Assembly: GCA_964187785.1 (NCBI GenBank)
Contig: OZ076411.1
Location: forward strand, 43,400,001 to 43,464,000
Origin: Amphiscolops sp. MND2022
Lineage: Eukaryota
Direction: 5' to 3'
Length of the DNA: 64,000 nt
Within the stretch, counting starts at the first letter, position 1, and every line of letters starts with the position of its first letter. The position numbers and the translations under genes are program-made. The notes under the pieces were generated by a model. It was not told the DNA's origin, ran no database searches, and saw only the letters and a program-made list of their open reading frames with translations. Shown piece by piece: positions 36,612-48,450 of the stretch.

Positions 36612-38014
36612 GAGAATGGGGGAAAGCCTATTGACAGCAAACCCGAGTGTGTTGATGGCCCACGGCAACAACTCACAACAGGAAGGAGATTGAGGGAATG
36701 CCTATTGCCAGCAAACCCCAGTGTGTCGATGGCCCACGCCAACAACTCACAACAAGACGGAGATTGAGGGAATTCCTATTGCAAGCAAACCCGGGTGTGT
36801 TGATGGCCCACGCCAACAACTCACAACAAGATGGAGATTGAGGGAATGCCTATTGCAAGCAAACCCGAGTGTGTTGATGGCCCACGCCAACAACTCACAA
36901 CAAGGAGATTGAGGGAATGCCTATTGCCAGCAAACCCGAGTGTGTCGATGGCCCACGCCAACAACTCACAACAAGACGGAGATTGAGGAAATGCCTATTG
37001 CAAGCAAACCCGAGTGTGTTGATGGCCCACGCCAACAACTCACAACAGGAAGGAGATTGAGGGAATGCCTATTGCCAGCAAACCCCAGTGTGTCGATGGC
37101 CCACGCCAACAACTCACAACAAGACGGAGATTGAGGGAATGCCTATTGCAAGCAAACCCGGGTGTGTTGATGGCCCACGCCAACAACTCACAACAAGACG
37201 GAGATTGAGGGAATGCCTATTGCAAGCAAACCCGAGTGTGTTGATGGCCCACGCCAACAACTCACAACAAGAAGGAGATTGAGGGAATGCCTATTGCCAG
37301 CAAACCCGAGTGTGTCGATGGCCCACGCCAACAACTCACAACAAGACGGAGATTGAGGGAATGCCTATTGCCAGCAAACCCCAGTGTGTCGATGGCCCAC
37401 GCCAACAACTCACAACAAGACGGAGATTGAGGGAATGCGTATTGCAAGCAAACCCGAGTGTGTTGATGGCCCACGCCAACAACTCACAACAAGACGGAGA
37501 TTGAGGGAATGCCTATTGCAAGCAAACCCGAGTGTGTCGATGGCCCACGCCAACAACTCACAACAGGACGGAGATTGAGGGAATGCCTATTGCAAGCAAA
37601 CCCGAGTGTGTTGATGGCCCACGCCAACAACTCACAACAAGACGGAGATTGAGGGAATGCCTATTGCAAGCAAACCCGAGTGTGTTGATGGCCCACGCCA
37701 ACAACTCACAACAAGACGGCGATTGAGGGAATGCCTATTGCAAGCAAACCCGAGTGTGGTGATGGCCCACGCCAACAACTCACAACAAGACGGAGATTGA
37801 GGGAATGCCTATTGCAAGCAAACCCGAGTGTGTTGATGGCCCACGCCAACAACTCACAACAAGAAGGAGATTGAGGGAATGCCTATTGCAAGCAAACCCG
37901 AGTGTGTTGATGGCCCACGCCAAAAACTCACAACAAGAAGGAGATTGAGGGAATGCCTATTGCCAGCAAACCCGAGTGTGTTGATGGTCCACGCCAACAA
38001 CTAACAACTGGAAG
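36612..38014. repeat. 74-bp tandem array, 19 units, in the BEL/Pao 5' leader
   Basis: Unit GAGATTGAGGGAATGCCTATTGCAAGCAAACCCGAGTGTGTTGATGGCCCACGCCAACAACTCACAACAAGACG starts at 36612, 36686, 36760, 36834, 36905 (preceding unit is 71 bp), 36979 and then every 74 bp to 37941. Confidence 0.98.
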
Positions 38015-38660
38015 AGTTCAGGGGTAGATGAAAAGAAGATTGCTTCATAAATTCGTTTTTGGAGATAATTTGGTGCATTGGTGAAGTTTCACACCGGGCC
38101 GAATGGGCGGTTTCGATTCGGAATTATTGAAAAGAACTCAAATGTCGAAAAGAAACGAAAACCAATTGAAATGTCTGGTTTTTATTGGTACTCCTATGCT
38201 ATTCCTACGAAGAGCTAAGTCTTAATGAATGGTTACATGGAACACACAAAAAAAACAAAGCCTAATAGCCGCTACGCTAAGCTTAGGTTGCTTGTAAGTT
38301 TTATTTGTGAAATAGGAATTGCAATCAGATGTTGCGCTAAGCAAATTCAAAAAATTATAGGGGGGAGAAGCGGAGAATGTTGCTTTTCTCCACTTCCAGA
38401 TGACGAGCTTGATGGGTTACCACTGAGATGGGTTACTACTCAGAGGGGCATCCACTGAGGCGGGTGGCCACCGAGAAAGGGTTACCAATACCATTTTTTG
38501 TAAGAAAGAATACACGGGGGAGTTATACAAAACAGGATGTCAAAAACTGGGGACAAATATTGATGTGTTAGGACACATGCTGTTTTTTTTTAAAGTTCGG
38601 GGAGAAATGTTTGTAGGGAAAGCGTTTTTTTCTGGTTGGTAAAGATAGCATCGTTTTAAT

Positions 38661-38673
38661 AACAGGAGCGCCA
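38661..38673 (-). promoter_or_regulatory. BEL/Pao primer-binding site (tRNA not identified)
   Basis: TGGCGCTCCTGTT lies 3 nt after the 5' LTR on minus. It implies a tRNA ending ...GGAGC-G-CCA (discriminator G, e.g. Arg or Ser). Confidence 0.65.
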
Positions 38674-38676
38674 ATA

Positions 38677-38818
38677 TGAATAAAACGGCTCATAAAGTTC
38701 TATTCGTCAATTAACTGTTTAGTACTAAAGTCAAAACCCATGTGAACAAAGTCAACACAAGAAATCAAAATGTTTGGGAAAAAGTAGTTTGTGAGTTCGA
38801 GTTAATGAGTCATTAACA
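38677..38818 (-). repeat. BEL/Pao 5' LTR (142 bp)
   Basis: Identical to 31256-31397 and flanked by the TSD ACATC. Confidence 0.97.
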
Positions 38819-40362
38819 ACATCGATCCAATGAACCTTCACGATTAGAGTTTTGGTTTTAGATTTTTATCACATTTTCAACACTTTTCTTTTCCAAAAAA
38901 GTCGCATAGTGCCAAAAAGCAACGAAAGAGACCATATTGTCTCGCTGGACGTTTTTTTCGAGCCGAAAACTAGAGGAGGTATGTAACGGCAAGCTTTGGT
39001 ACAACCGATTTTGCAACTTTGACATGTTCAGAAATTTTGTCAAAAATTCTAATTCGATGTGTGACGTGGCACTGAGCATGTGATTGCTCTTTTCGCTGTT
39101 TTCGCCATTGTCAACGCAAAACGAAGACGAGGGCAGACTGAGCGAGAACACAGAGACCGAGATGGCCTGAGAGCCTATAGAGACTGTGAAAACTCATAGA
39201 AAGACTCTTTTTTGGTGCTAATTCCCGGTTTTATCGATTTTCAGCATTATGCTACTCTATGTAGCGGAAACCGTAAAAATGAATCTTTTCGCCTAAAGAT
39301 CCTTGTTTGGTACTTGGAGCCCCTGCGCCCCAGCTTGTAGCTGTGTGGTTTGCCATATTAGTGCTTATTTTCATGTATTTTCAGTGATTTTGGCTGTATT
39401 TACTAGCTCTAGCGCTAGTTTAGATATTATTCCCCAATTTTAGATCTTTTTCCCCTGTCACCCTGGAACTGGAAATTTACCTTATTCTTGGCATTGTTTT
39501 TATGTGCTAGTTAAGCGGTGGTCTTTAGAGAGTCAGAAAGATGCCCGTTACTATTAGCAACCAAAGACTAGGACCGGTTGGACAGTATTCGTCGAAGCAC
39601 CCACGGCCCTGGGACGTATTTCACCCCTGGAGGCTAAATGGATCTGTGGCGATGGACGCCTGTCCCGAGCGATTCACCCATTTCTGCAGGTTCCTCCACC
39701 TCTGTTAACGCGTTAAGCGACCGATAACAGCTTGCCGTTACAGTACCATTTGGGAAAGTCGCCTTGCACCAAAACATCCCGCAGAGGGGCCTTTTAGTCT
39801 CATTTACGTTTGATAAAATCAGAAAATATTCTGGAATTAGAACCCACGTCCCCTTGTTTCATAGCCACGCACTCTTCCACTGAAGGAGGTCATTCTAAAG
39901 TCGTACTGGAGCAACTTGTACAAATTTATAGAAGTCTGTCGGTTCTCTGGTTTTGGAAAAGCCACTACTGTAGTCTGCAATTTTAACCGAAAGCGTCAAC
40001 TAAAATCTGTCTAAGAAAGACTAAATACGAGCTGATTTGAGTAAATTCGGGTTATGATTTAGTGAAAGAGATTGAATAACTCTTTTTAGTTGGCGCATTC
40101 GAGATAAAATAGCCCGACAATTACAGTCACTCGTTTTCTTCCTTCAAGACAAACTCGAATGCTACGAATTAAAAAAGAAAACACTGTATTCCTTCATATA
40201 AAATATCTAAAATGTAAACAAATATATGTGTACAATACACAAATATATGTGTATAATACGGGCAGTGTAAAACCGTAGTATTAAAAAATTTTGTTTTCAG
40301 TTTGTTCAACTAAACAAATACCTCGGCAACGTATCTAAATTAGTGCGAAGGGTCCCCTTTCA

Positions 40363-40928
40363 TTTTTAGTCGACGCTTTTCGTAGAAAATGCAGACTATA
40401 CACTGACTTTTTTAAGACCAAGGAAGTGACAGATTTCATAGGCTTTAAAGGCTGCGTCCACTAACTGCCACACTTGTAACTTCTACTTCCACTTAGCATA
40501 GAGGTTAATTAGAATAGTTTTTGATGTCTGCCAATCAGAAGGGCGTGGGTTCGAGTCCCGCCCAGGGCCAAAATTTTTGGTGCAGGTTTTTTCGGCTTGG
40601 TGAGACTTTTTTTGCAAATTTTTTAAATGTCTCCAAAGGGTCGCCCTTCATTTTTTTCCAACTTTGCAAGAAAATGGATGTTCAAAAACTCCCAAAGGCC
40701 CCTTTTACATTTTTTTGGCACTATGCGAATTACAGGAGACCAAAAATAATTCGAAAAAATTTTCGAAATCAATTTCGAAAAAAAATTCAAAAAAATTCGA
40801 TTTTTTTTTCAATTTTTTCCTCACGCGGGTACTGTAGAAGAGAATACTTGACACATTGAAGTCCTTTTGCTATTTTTGAGCATTAGATATGGCGCCGATG
40901 CGCCGACTTGGGCCGTTCCCGGCTTGTT
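40363..40928 (+). mobile_element. DINE-1/HINE-like element, copy 2 (followed by a further fragment to ~41270)
   Basis: The 5' end has TTTTT-AGTCGACGC plus a partial inverted repeat (gaaaatgcagacta). The 3' end has subTIR GCGCCGACT (40900-40908), stem-loop GCCG-TTCC-CGGC (40912-40923) and TTGTT. Confidence 0.7.
40494..40558 (+). promoter_or_regulatory. tRNA-type Pol III internal promoter (A and B box) within HINE-like copy 2
   Basis: A box TAGCATAGAGG (40494-40504) and B box GGTTCGAGTCC (40548-40558), the latter inside a T-arm GTGGG-TTCGAGT-CCCGC. No complete cloverleaf. Confidence 0.6.
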
Positions 40929-42779
40929 CCTTTTTTAACATAACACACAACCGGAAGAAACTGGGGGTCCCATTTCAATTTTTGTTCGGCCCGTTGAGAC
41001 TTTTTTTCGAAAATTTTTGGACAATTTTTCCACAAATTGGATGTTTAAAAAACCCAAGGGCCCTTTGTCTCAAGGGTATTTTTTTTTTACATTTTTTGAC
41101 ACTATGAGACTGTTTCAGAATTCTCATTTTTTGTCTGAAATTCGGTTTTCTCAATATACATCCACACATCAAAGGTGTTTCGACACTTTTCTGTGAGTTT
41201 TTCATGAAACAAGTCCTGAGCATATATTAGAAACTTTGCGCTTTTTGAGCCTTCCGTCTCGTTCATCTAAAACAGTTTTTATTTAGGCCATCCACATAGA
41301 CTTTAATTTGTTGATGTTTGAAATTGACAAGTCAGCACTATTCCAAACAGGGAAGAACAGGATTTCGCTGTTTAAAAAATCTTTCGCAGTTAATTGTTCT
41401 GTTGTTCAACTCTGTTCAAATCATACTGTTAACGACTGACGAACTTGGAGAAAACAGTAATGTTAGCAAACTATTGAATTGTACGTAATCTTGCTTAATG
41501 GCAGTTTCTTCTGTTTTGCCAGTTTACTTTAGTTTCGCAGGTTGTTATTTTATACGTAATTTAATCTTTCACACTAACAGTTTTCTCAGGGTATTTAATT
41601 ACAATGAGGTAATTAGTTACATCAACTCTACCACACATACCCACTAAAACATTCAAACATTTTTTAAAATTAGCATTTCAAATGGAATGTTTTAAAGTTT
41701 TTTCAGCAGTTTAGATGAATTTCCGAGGCATTTAGCCTTTTTGGGTACTTGCATTTCAGGCATTGTTTTCAAAAAGCTTCCACAAATTGATATCCTAAGA
41801 ACCTACTTTTTAGTGGTTCAACTCTATAGAAGAATCTCTGCATACAGAAACGTGGTTAAAGTAGCTATTTTCTTTTCCTCTATAGAAGTGTGGGCTGAAA
41901 AATAATAACTTGAGTGGATAGCCTTTGCATTTTTAGCCTGACCTTGCCTGCAAGCTTTTCTAGCTTCATTTCCTTTAGATTTAGGTTCTTTTCAGGAATA
42001 TATCGATATCTGATTCCAAACAAAACAGTACGTAGTGAAGCTTATATTTGACCAAAGAATGCAGTCATGAAATTTGATGATGATCTGTCTGATGACGTCA
42101 AACCGTGACGTCAGAAGTGCGATTTTCCAAATAATTTGAAATTTTGCGAATTTATTTGAAAATGGTCTTGGACAAGAAATACCAGTACGAACTTTTCGTT
42201 TAATTTTGCTTTTGATACCGGAAATAATTGGGCTGATGCACAAGTGACGGGGGCATTGCTGGTTTTTATAAAAGGAAGTTAGACGAGTGGTATCCTTTCA
42301 AATAACGCAATTCCATGTTTTTACATTTCCTTTGCCTGAACGGATCAAAATCCGGTTTCCATATGAATAATCTTTTCTTAATAATGACAAAATTGGGCCG
42401 AGGGAGGCTCAGAGCCGGATGTTGGCTTTCTTCCTCGAGGGAAATATTCTTAAGACCGGATGTGTTGAAATAAGGAATTCTAATTTGAATTTTTTCATAT
42501 ATTGATCACTCGCGAAATTCATCTTTTTTCTCCCAGTTTCATTTTTCCAATTAGCCAAATTTGAATTTATTGACAACCGAACAAGCTATGTGATATCGAT
42601 TTGGCGAAATCATTTCACTTGGAACGGATCCGTTTTAATCTACATGAATACGTAATTCGCATAATTGAACAGCGAAATTTCAAAATTCCAGCCGTAGCAT
42701 GAAAGTCACATTTTTAATGCAATTTATTCAGCGCAAGTTGTGACGACGATTCTGCATCTTTTGAGAGGACTCAGCAAGT

Positions 42780-43501
42780 TTACTTGGCGTAGACACTTTT
42801 TGACGTTTGTGTAGTTGACACTGAATTTTCAATTCGTTGATTAATATCCCCAGTAATCGGAAGCTGAAGGTAGCTAAGCTGTAGTAACTGGGCTGTCAAG
42901 ACTGACATAGCCACTGACATGCCAGGCGAGGCTCTCGGAAGGAAAGGCTCAACAATGCACGGCTTTACACATGCTAAGCATACCAGATAGACCTTAGAAA
43001 GAAGCAAAAGAAGGAGATTTGTATATGCATGTGTGTCTTATGAAGTGCGCTCGAAATTATAAGGCGCTTGAAATTATAAACTACACTCTTTTAGTGACGC
43101 GTAATGGGAACAAGGACTAAAATGGGTGTCTACAGGTAGTTGCAGGTAGTTAGGGAATGGGAAAAGGTTAAATTGCATCAGTGGAGAGCTTTGAGCTCTG
43201 AAATAGTAAAGGGTTCTATGGTTCTACGTTGTTATGCTCTACTTCCTCGCAACGACGTGAAAAGATATCGCTAACACCATTCAGCTATTTATTTAATCCA
43301 CCATGCCTCGGTTGGTGTTAATGCGTCGTGTGAGTTTTCACACCGCCAAGCTGTTAATGTCGCTGTTTGAAAAATTCGAGCCTAGTGACGGGTCAATAAC
43401 TGGTTTATCGGCGTAATGTTCTGAAAATATCGACAAGTGCGATTTTTGCGGTTGCTCGACGCTCAAAAGATCTCTAGAGGAGAAACTGTTGATTGAATTG
43501 C
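42780..43501 (-). other. Candidate pair of host exons (43344-43501 and 42780-42992), unidentified
   Basis: Acceptor ccccttttcag| opens a 158-nt open stretch ending at |GTGTGA. Acceptor cttttgcttctttctaag| then opens the only open frame, in matching phase 0. No known domain. Confidence 0.15.
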
Positions 43502-44849
43502 CTGAAAAGGGGTCTACATTAGAGCCAGGTTCACCTTTTATATGAACATGAAAGTAATTGTTGAAACAGTCTTGGAAAATATTCAGTTAGGAAATTAACA
43601 ATTTTCGATTTTATGCTTACACAAAGAAAAACAAAGAAAGCAATCAAATGCATTTTAAGTCCAAACAAAAGCGTTGCCGTTGCTTAAATGTGCTTCAAAA
43701 GAAGGCCCCCTTTGCTCTAGAGGAACATGCCGATACCAAATCTTTTCACTTCCCCCAAAAAGCAGCGGGGAAATATGATACCTCTGTGTGCCAGAAATTA
43801 TCAGTCCCCAGGTCATTATGATGCTTCCAAAAGTGAGAGAAATTCAATGACTTTGAATGTGCTGTAATAAATTCATTAACAGGTCATATTTTCTCCGACA
43901 CTTAATACTTCTGTGGGACATTAAGGGCGAATAAAATACCACCAAAGGTTTTTTAAACTTTGACGGACTCATATTCAAAAAGAAGCACAAATCGTATCAA
44001 GAAAAAGTTTAAATGAGACTTCTTCTATTGATGGTACCAATGCATTTTGAATGAACGGTACAGAAATGAAGTTATCAAATTTTAGAAAAAGAAGTTATTG
44101 TCAGAAAGATGAAATGACAGAAGATGATTTTGGTCAAATTTGAAGAAAAAAAATTTCTGCAACCTGACAGTTCCTAAAATGTTAGAGAAAGGTTTCACTT
44201 GAAATATTTTAGCCTAAAAATTGCACTAAATGCCATTTCTAACTGGTCAATAAAGTAGAAACAATGGTTTGGATGCAGTCGGGAAATTGCAAAACATGCA
44301 TCGCAGAACACAACATTTTGTTTAACTGTAAAGGAAAACATTCAATTTGAATACATTACAGCACTATCGACGCAACCTACCTGAATGCAGATGATATTTT
44401 TAAAAAACCTTTCATCTAAAGTACACAAACATGTTCGAACTATATTTTTAATTTCAAAGTTGAATATGTCTTATTTGATTTTTCCTATTCATCAATTGCA
44501 CATTGGACAATTTTCCCATTGAGCCATTGATAGTATAGCTCATTATTTGAAACATGAAGTTGATGAGTGTCAGTGAGATTGGAACCTGAGAACTTTTTTC
44601 TGGCAACAAGTTAACCTAACTACACCTATAGAAAGAAAGAATGAATTTATTTATTTGGATACTTATACATATTGTCCTGGAAAAAAATGTATAAATCCCA
44701 AAAAGGACAGGAAAAGCGCTTTTCAGCTCTTCTTGTTCTTGCCCTGGGAAAAACGATTCTTGACCGTTCAGTTGAATGTTATATTACCACTACTGTTAGA
44801 AGAATAATTCAAAAAGGGAATTATTATCAGCAATGTATAAAGTACTGAT

Positions 44850-47800
44850 TTTTTTCACAAAACATTTTGTCTGATCATTGGACTGTTTCAGCAGATTTGA
44901 GGGTATCAGTTCATTCGCTTTCGACCAATTGTAGCATTTGTTCAAGGCATTTTCAAGCTGTTTTCAGGCATCACCGTACGGTTACTTGTTGCTGGTAAGA
45001 GTCCTTTAGTTTTCCTCCGTGTGTTGAAATCAAGTATTACATTAGTAGTTTGGTCAAAACTAGATGAGTCTGATTTCATTTGCTTGAACAGCCCACTCCC
45101 CAACTCAGTTTTATAAAACTCGTATACTGTTAAAATGTTGCATTTTGTTGGTGTCCCTTCCAGGGATTCTCCGGGCTTTGTCCTGATATTTCGACGTTAA
45201 GAATTTTCAATGGGTTCCAAGTTTGATTTTCGTGTACTACCATAATTCAAAATACCATATCTAACAACGGATTCCACATACGCATTAACAGAAATCTATC
45301 TCCCTTGGTAGCTGTGTCTGATCTTGCACATGAGCCCGCATAACTTGTCAAGTTTTGTGAAATATATTTAGCATGAGTACTATATGCTGAATTTTTATCT
45401 AAATGAATGCCCAGACACTTAACACATTTTTTATTAGGTTTGTCTTTGCCAAATGCTGTTGAAAGATTAGCTTTTTTATGTGTTCCAACGGATATGAACT
45501 CATATTTCGATATATTTACGGTCACTTTGTTACTTGCGTATCACTTTCTCAATCTACCACTTTCTCAATCTACAATATCTTCACATAATTCATTGGTGGC
45601 ATTTGTGCCTGAATAATAAACTGAAATATTATCTCAAACATTGTTATAATACTCTTTTTAGAACACCGAGGCAAATCATTAGTGTATATTAGAAAACGTA
45701 AGGGGCCTAACACGGAGCCTTGGGGAGCACCAGTTTTGAAATCTTTCAAATCTGATTCACTGTCATTTGTGTCAACGTACTGTTGCGGATCAGTAAGATA
45801 ATTAATAATCATTGCCAATACTGGTGCTTGGTATCCGTACATCTCAAGTGTTTTCAAGATAAATCCATGATCGAGAGTGTCAAACGCCTTTTGGAGATCA
45901 TTGAAGCAAACGTTCCCTTTCATTTTTGAATTAATTTTATCCCGGATATATTCGGTGACCTGCATGATGGTTGCTACAAGTCACTTTATATCTTAATCCG
46001 AACTGACTGGGACTATACAAATCACTTTTCCTGAAGAAACTTGTCATTCGCTTCGACAAAATTTTTCAAACACTTTGCCAAAAGTGCCGAGTAAACTAAT
46101 TGGACGGTAGTTAGAATGGTAATCAGATTTTCCTTTTTTAAAAACTGGAATAACTTTGGAAATTTTCAAACAATCCGGAAAGTGTCTATTTTCAATTGCT
46201 TGATATATTGCTTCGGCAAGGTAAGGTTCGACTATGGGAGAAAAAATTTTCAAGATTTTATTACTGGTACAGTCTTGTCCACTACTGCTCTAGTACCATT
46301 GATTTAACATTCCGTTCATTTGAGCTCACCATTGTTCCGAAATCATTTTGGCGGACAGCAAGGTGCCAATTTATGTAGAATAGATATTGAGTTTTTCTGC
46401 TGTCGGCATTCTGACGCTTTTGTTTAATAAAAGATTTCATTGTGCCGAATAATTTCTTCGCAGTTGGAGTGTCACCCAGAATTGTTTCATCCTAGTCTCT
46501 TTTTGCGTTTCCGATGCTTTTCGTGACACAAATTCGTTGTGTAGTGTGACGTTCACGATTGTAATCACTCGGATCTTGAATCCATTGTTTGTATACCAAA
46601 ACGCGTTTGATTGTTTGTTGTTGACTTTGTTTGTAATCCATGCACTTTTTTCTTGACGTTCCTTTTTCTTCCTCCGGGGCAAACCAACATTTAAATTTTG
46701 GCCTAACCTTCGTAATTTCTGATCGAGTAAAAACAAAAAATTCAGGCAATTAAAACCCTTCATGTTAGAAAAATTTCTTTGTTTTTTCGGTTTTCCAGCT
46801 GATTTTGTGATCAAGATTTCCAGAAAGGCCCTTCAAACTCGCAAGCATAGTGATCGAATATGGTGATCTTGATGGTATCAGTCTCTACAAAGGATGACGT
46901 TACAACATGGTCAATGCATGTCTTCGACGTTGCAGTACTCTAGTCGCTTTAGAATTTTGTATTCAAAACAACGTTTGTATTCAAAACGAACGAAAAAGAG
47001 TTTCATTTTTGCTTCTATCAGTGGCGGATTTAAGGGTATCTCTACCAAATCGCCTTTTAATAGAGTTTCATGTTTCAGAGATTACAGGAAGACAAACAAC
47101 TTTTTGAGGTCATCGATGAAAGTCGTGATTTTTTTGAGGCCGGTATACCGCACAGTTGTTCTTGACGGTTTGGAGACTGCCCGGTTTTTTCATTATGAGT
47201 CACTCCAAGTCTGAAGTGTAATCATTTCGTTCAAACATTATTTAGAATTTGACCGAAATGATTACACTTCAGACTTGGAGTGCCTCCTAATGAAATTTCA
47301 ATAAAAGATCGTCGTGATGTAATCTTAAAGACCTAATGTTAATGCCCAGATTACATTTTCAGTGGGAATATTTGTCTGTGAGAATTGTTTTTTCTCTGGT
47401 TTCATCCAGCGGAAGGAAAGACTCTGACAGAGAACATAGAAGAGTGGCACGGGTTAAGATTTGGTTACACTTGGTCCATTAATGAAGCTCCCAATGTTCT
47501 CGAATTAAGCTGAATTGGTTATTTCTCCTAAAAACTTACCTCCATCTTGATCAGGAGCTTCTCTGAGGCTTTTCAACATTTCGGCATAGTTCGCTTTGTT
47601 GTTGTTTGAGGTAGAAATTCTTGTTATAGATGTTTACATTGGTTGAGTACGTTTCACTTTTTGCAGGGCTATCTCTTTGATGTCGTCTACTGCTTTGAGA
47701 CTGTCGACACCCACATTGTGTACTACACCTTGTACAATTTTCCGAATTACTTTAACCTGAGAGTTCAAGGTGGTAGTTATCAGATTGATGTTCTCGGCAC

Positions 47801-48450
47801 GTTGTTTGATAACTAAATTTGATTTTGGCTGGCGTTCTTTCACATAGATAGGGCTTTTGTTCAGAGAATTCATAAATCTTGATAAACATGACTTTCTCTA
47901 GTGGATTTCGTATTTTTCCCCGAAATAAACGAACTTTATTCTAACTGGTGGGGCATATTTTTGAGATTTCTAGGGTCCCAGGAAGTGGCATGCCCTACAG
48001 TTGGCAGGACTTGTTTCAAAACTTAGGTATTCTTTCATGAAATCACATTGGTTCGGCAAGGGAAAAGTTTTTGTCATTGTATATTGGCGCAATCTGAAAT
48101 ATTAGTGGATCTTTAGGGGAATACCGCTCCTGGTCATGATTTCGATCTTCCAATTCCACTACTGTTTGTTCCAAGGTGAAATTCGCTTAATTCGGTTTTC
48201 CAATCGTCAAATAGAAAGAGTAACGATTGCTTTACAATACCATCCTCTAGTTGACCCAGCTTCGTCGTAAGATTGTTTTAATTCAAATCCACTTAACTCT
48301 TGCGCGTATGATATTCTTTGGAAGTTTGAGACAGTAATACGATAATTTCAATACGTGAGTTATCGATTCAAACCAGTTTTAATGTAGCGCACAGTTTGAT
48401 TACGTAACACAAAGCTTGAATGTCAAAGAATTTTGCTCTTCTTCTATACA
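44850..48450 (-). mobile_element. CR1-like non-LTR retrotransposon, near full length, heavily decayed
   Basis: ORF1-like QERYSPKDPLIF and CRACHFLGP..IKFVYF. Endonuclease NIRSL, VYRP, TCIDHVV..DHY. RT YRPISLLGTFGKVFEK, DLQKAFDTLDH, GAPQGSVLGPL.FLIYTNDLP, KCLGIHLD. Ends are approximate and no TSD was found. Confidence 0.85.
47201..47282. repeat. Perfect 29-bp inverted repeat inside the CR1 endonuclease region
   Basis: cactccaagtctgaagtgtaatcatttcg (47201-47229) and its exact reverse complement (47254-47282); extends imperfectly to 47188-47295. Confidence 0.92.

Larger units (their letters stand above)
31256..38818 (-). mobile_element. BEL/Pao LTR retrotransposon, both LTRs present, coding-defective
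   Basis: Identical 142-bp LTRs (TGTTAATG...TTATTCA on minus), a 5-bp TSD ACATC (31251-31255 and 38819-38823), DUF1759-type Gag, and Pao-type RT, RNase H, IN and DUF5641-like C-terminus. Confidence 0.97.

Noticed and set aside
36721-37726. Repeated ORFs MCRWPTPTTHNKTEIEG...
   Set aside because: These are artefacts of translating a 74-bp (non-triplet) repeat on the strand antisense to the element.
36612-38014. CRISPR array or a prokaryote-style array-plus-RT system
   Set aside because: The units are contiguous and near-identical with no unique spacers, there are no cas genes, and the neighbouring RT is an ordinary BEL/Pao Pol inside LTRs.
9881-38818. Paradox of near-identical LTRs with decayed ORFs
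   Set aside because: The LTRs are too short to date tightly. 0/142 differences is still compatible with up to ~2% divergence, and 1/196 predicts on the order of ten internal substitutions, enough to explain a few stops.
39400-39960. GC-richer island resembling a TE 5' UTR/ORF1
   Set aside because: No diagnostic motif, and the frames are interrupted.
40487-40570. Functional tRNA gene
   Set aside because: There is no acceptor stem, the anticodon loop is only 5 nt, and it is embedded in a repeat.
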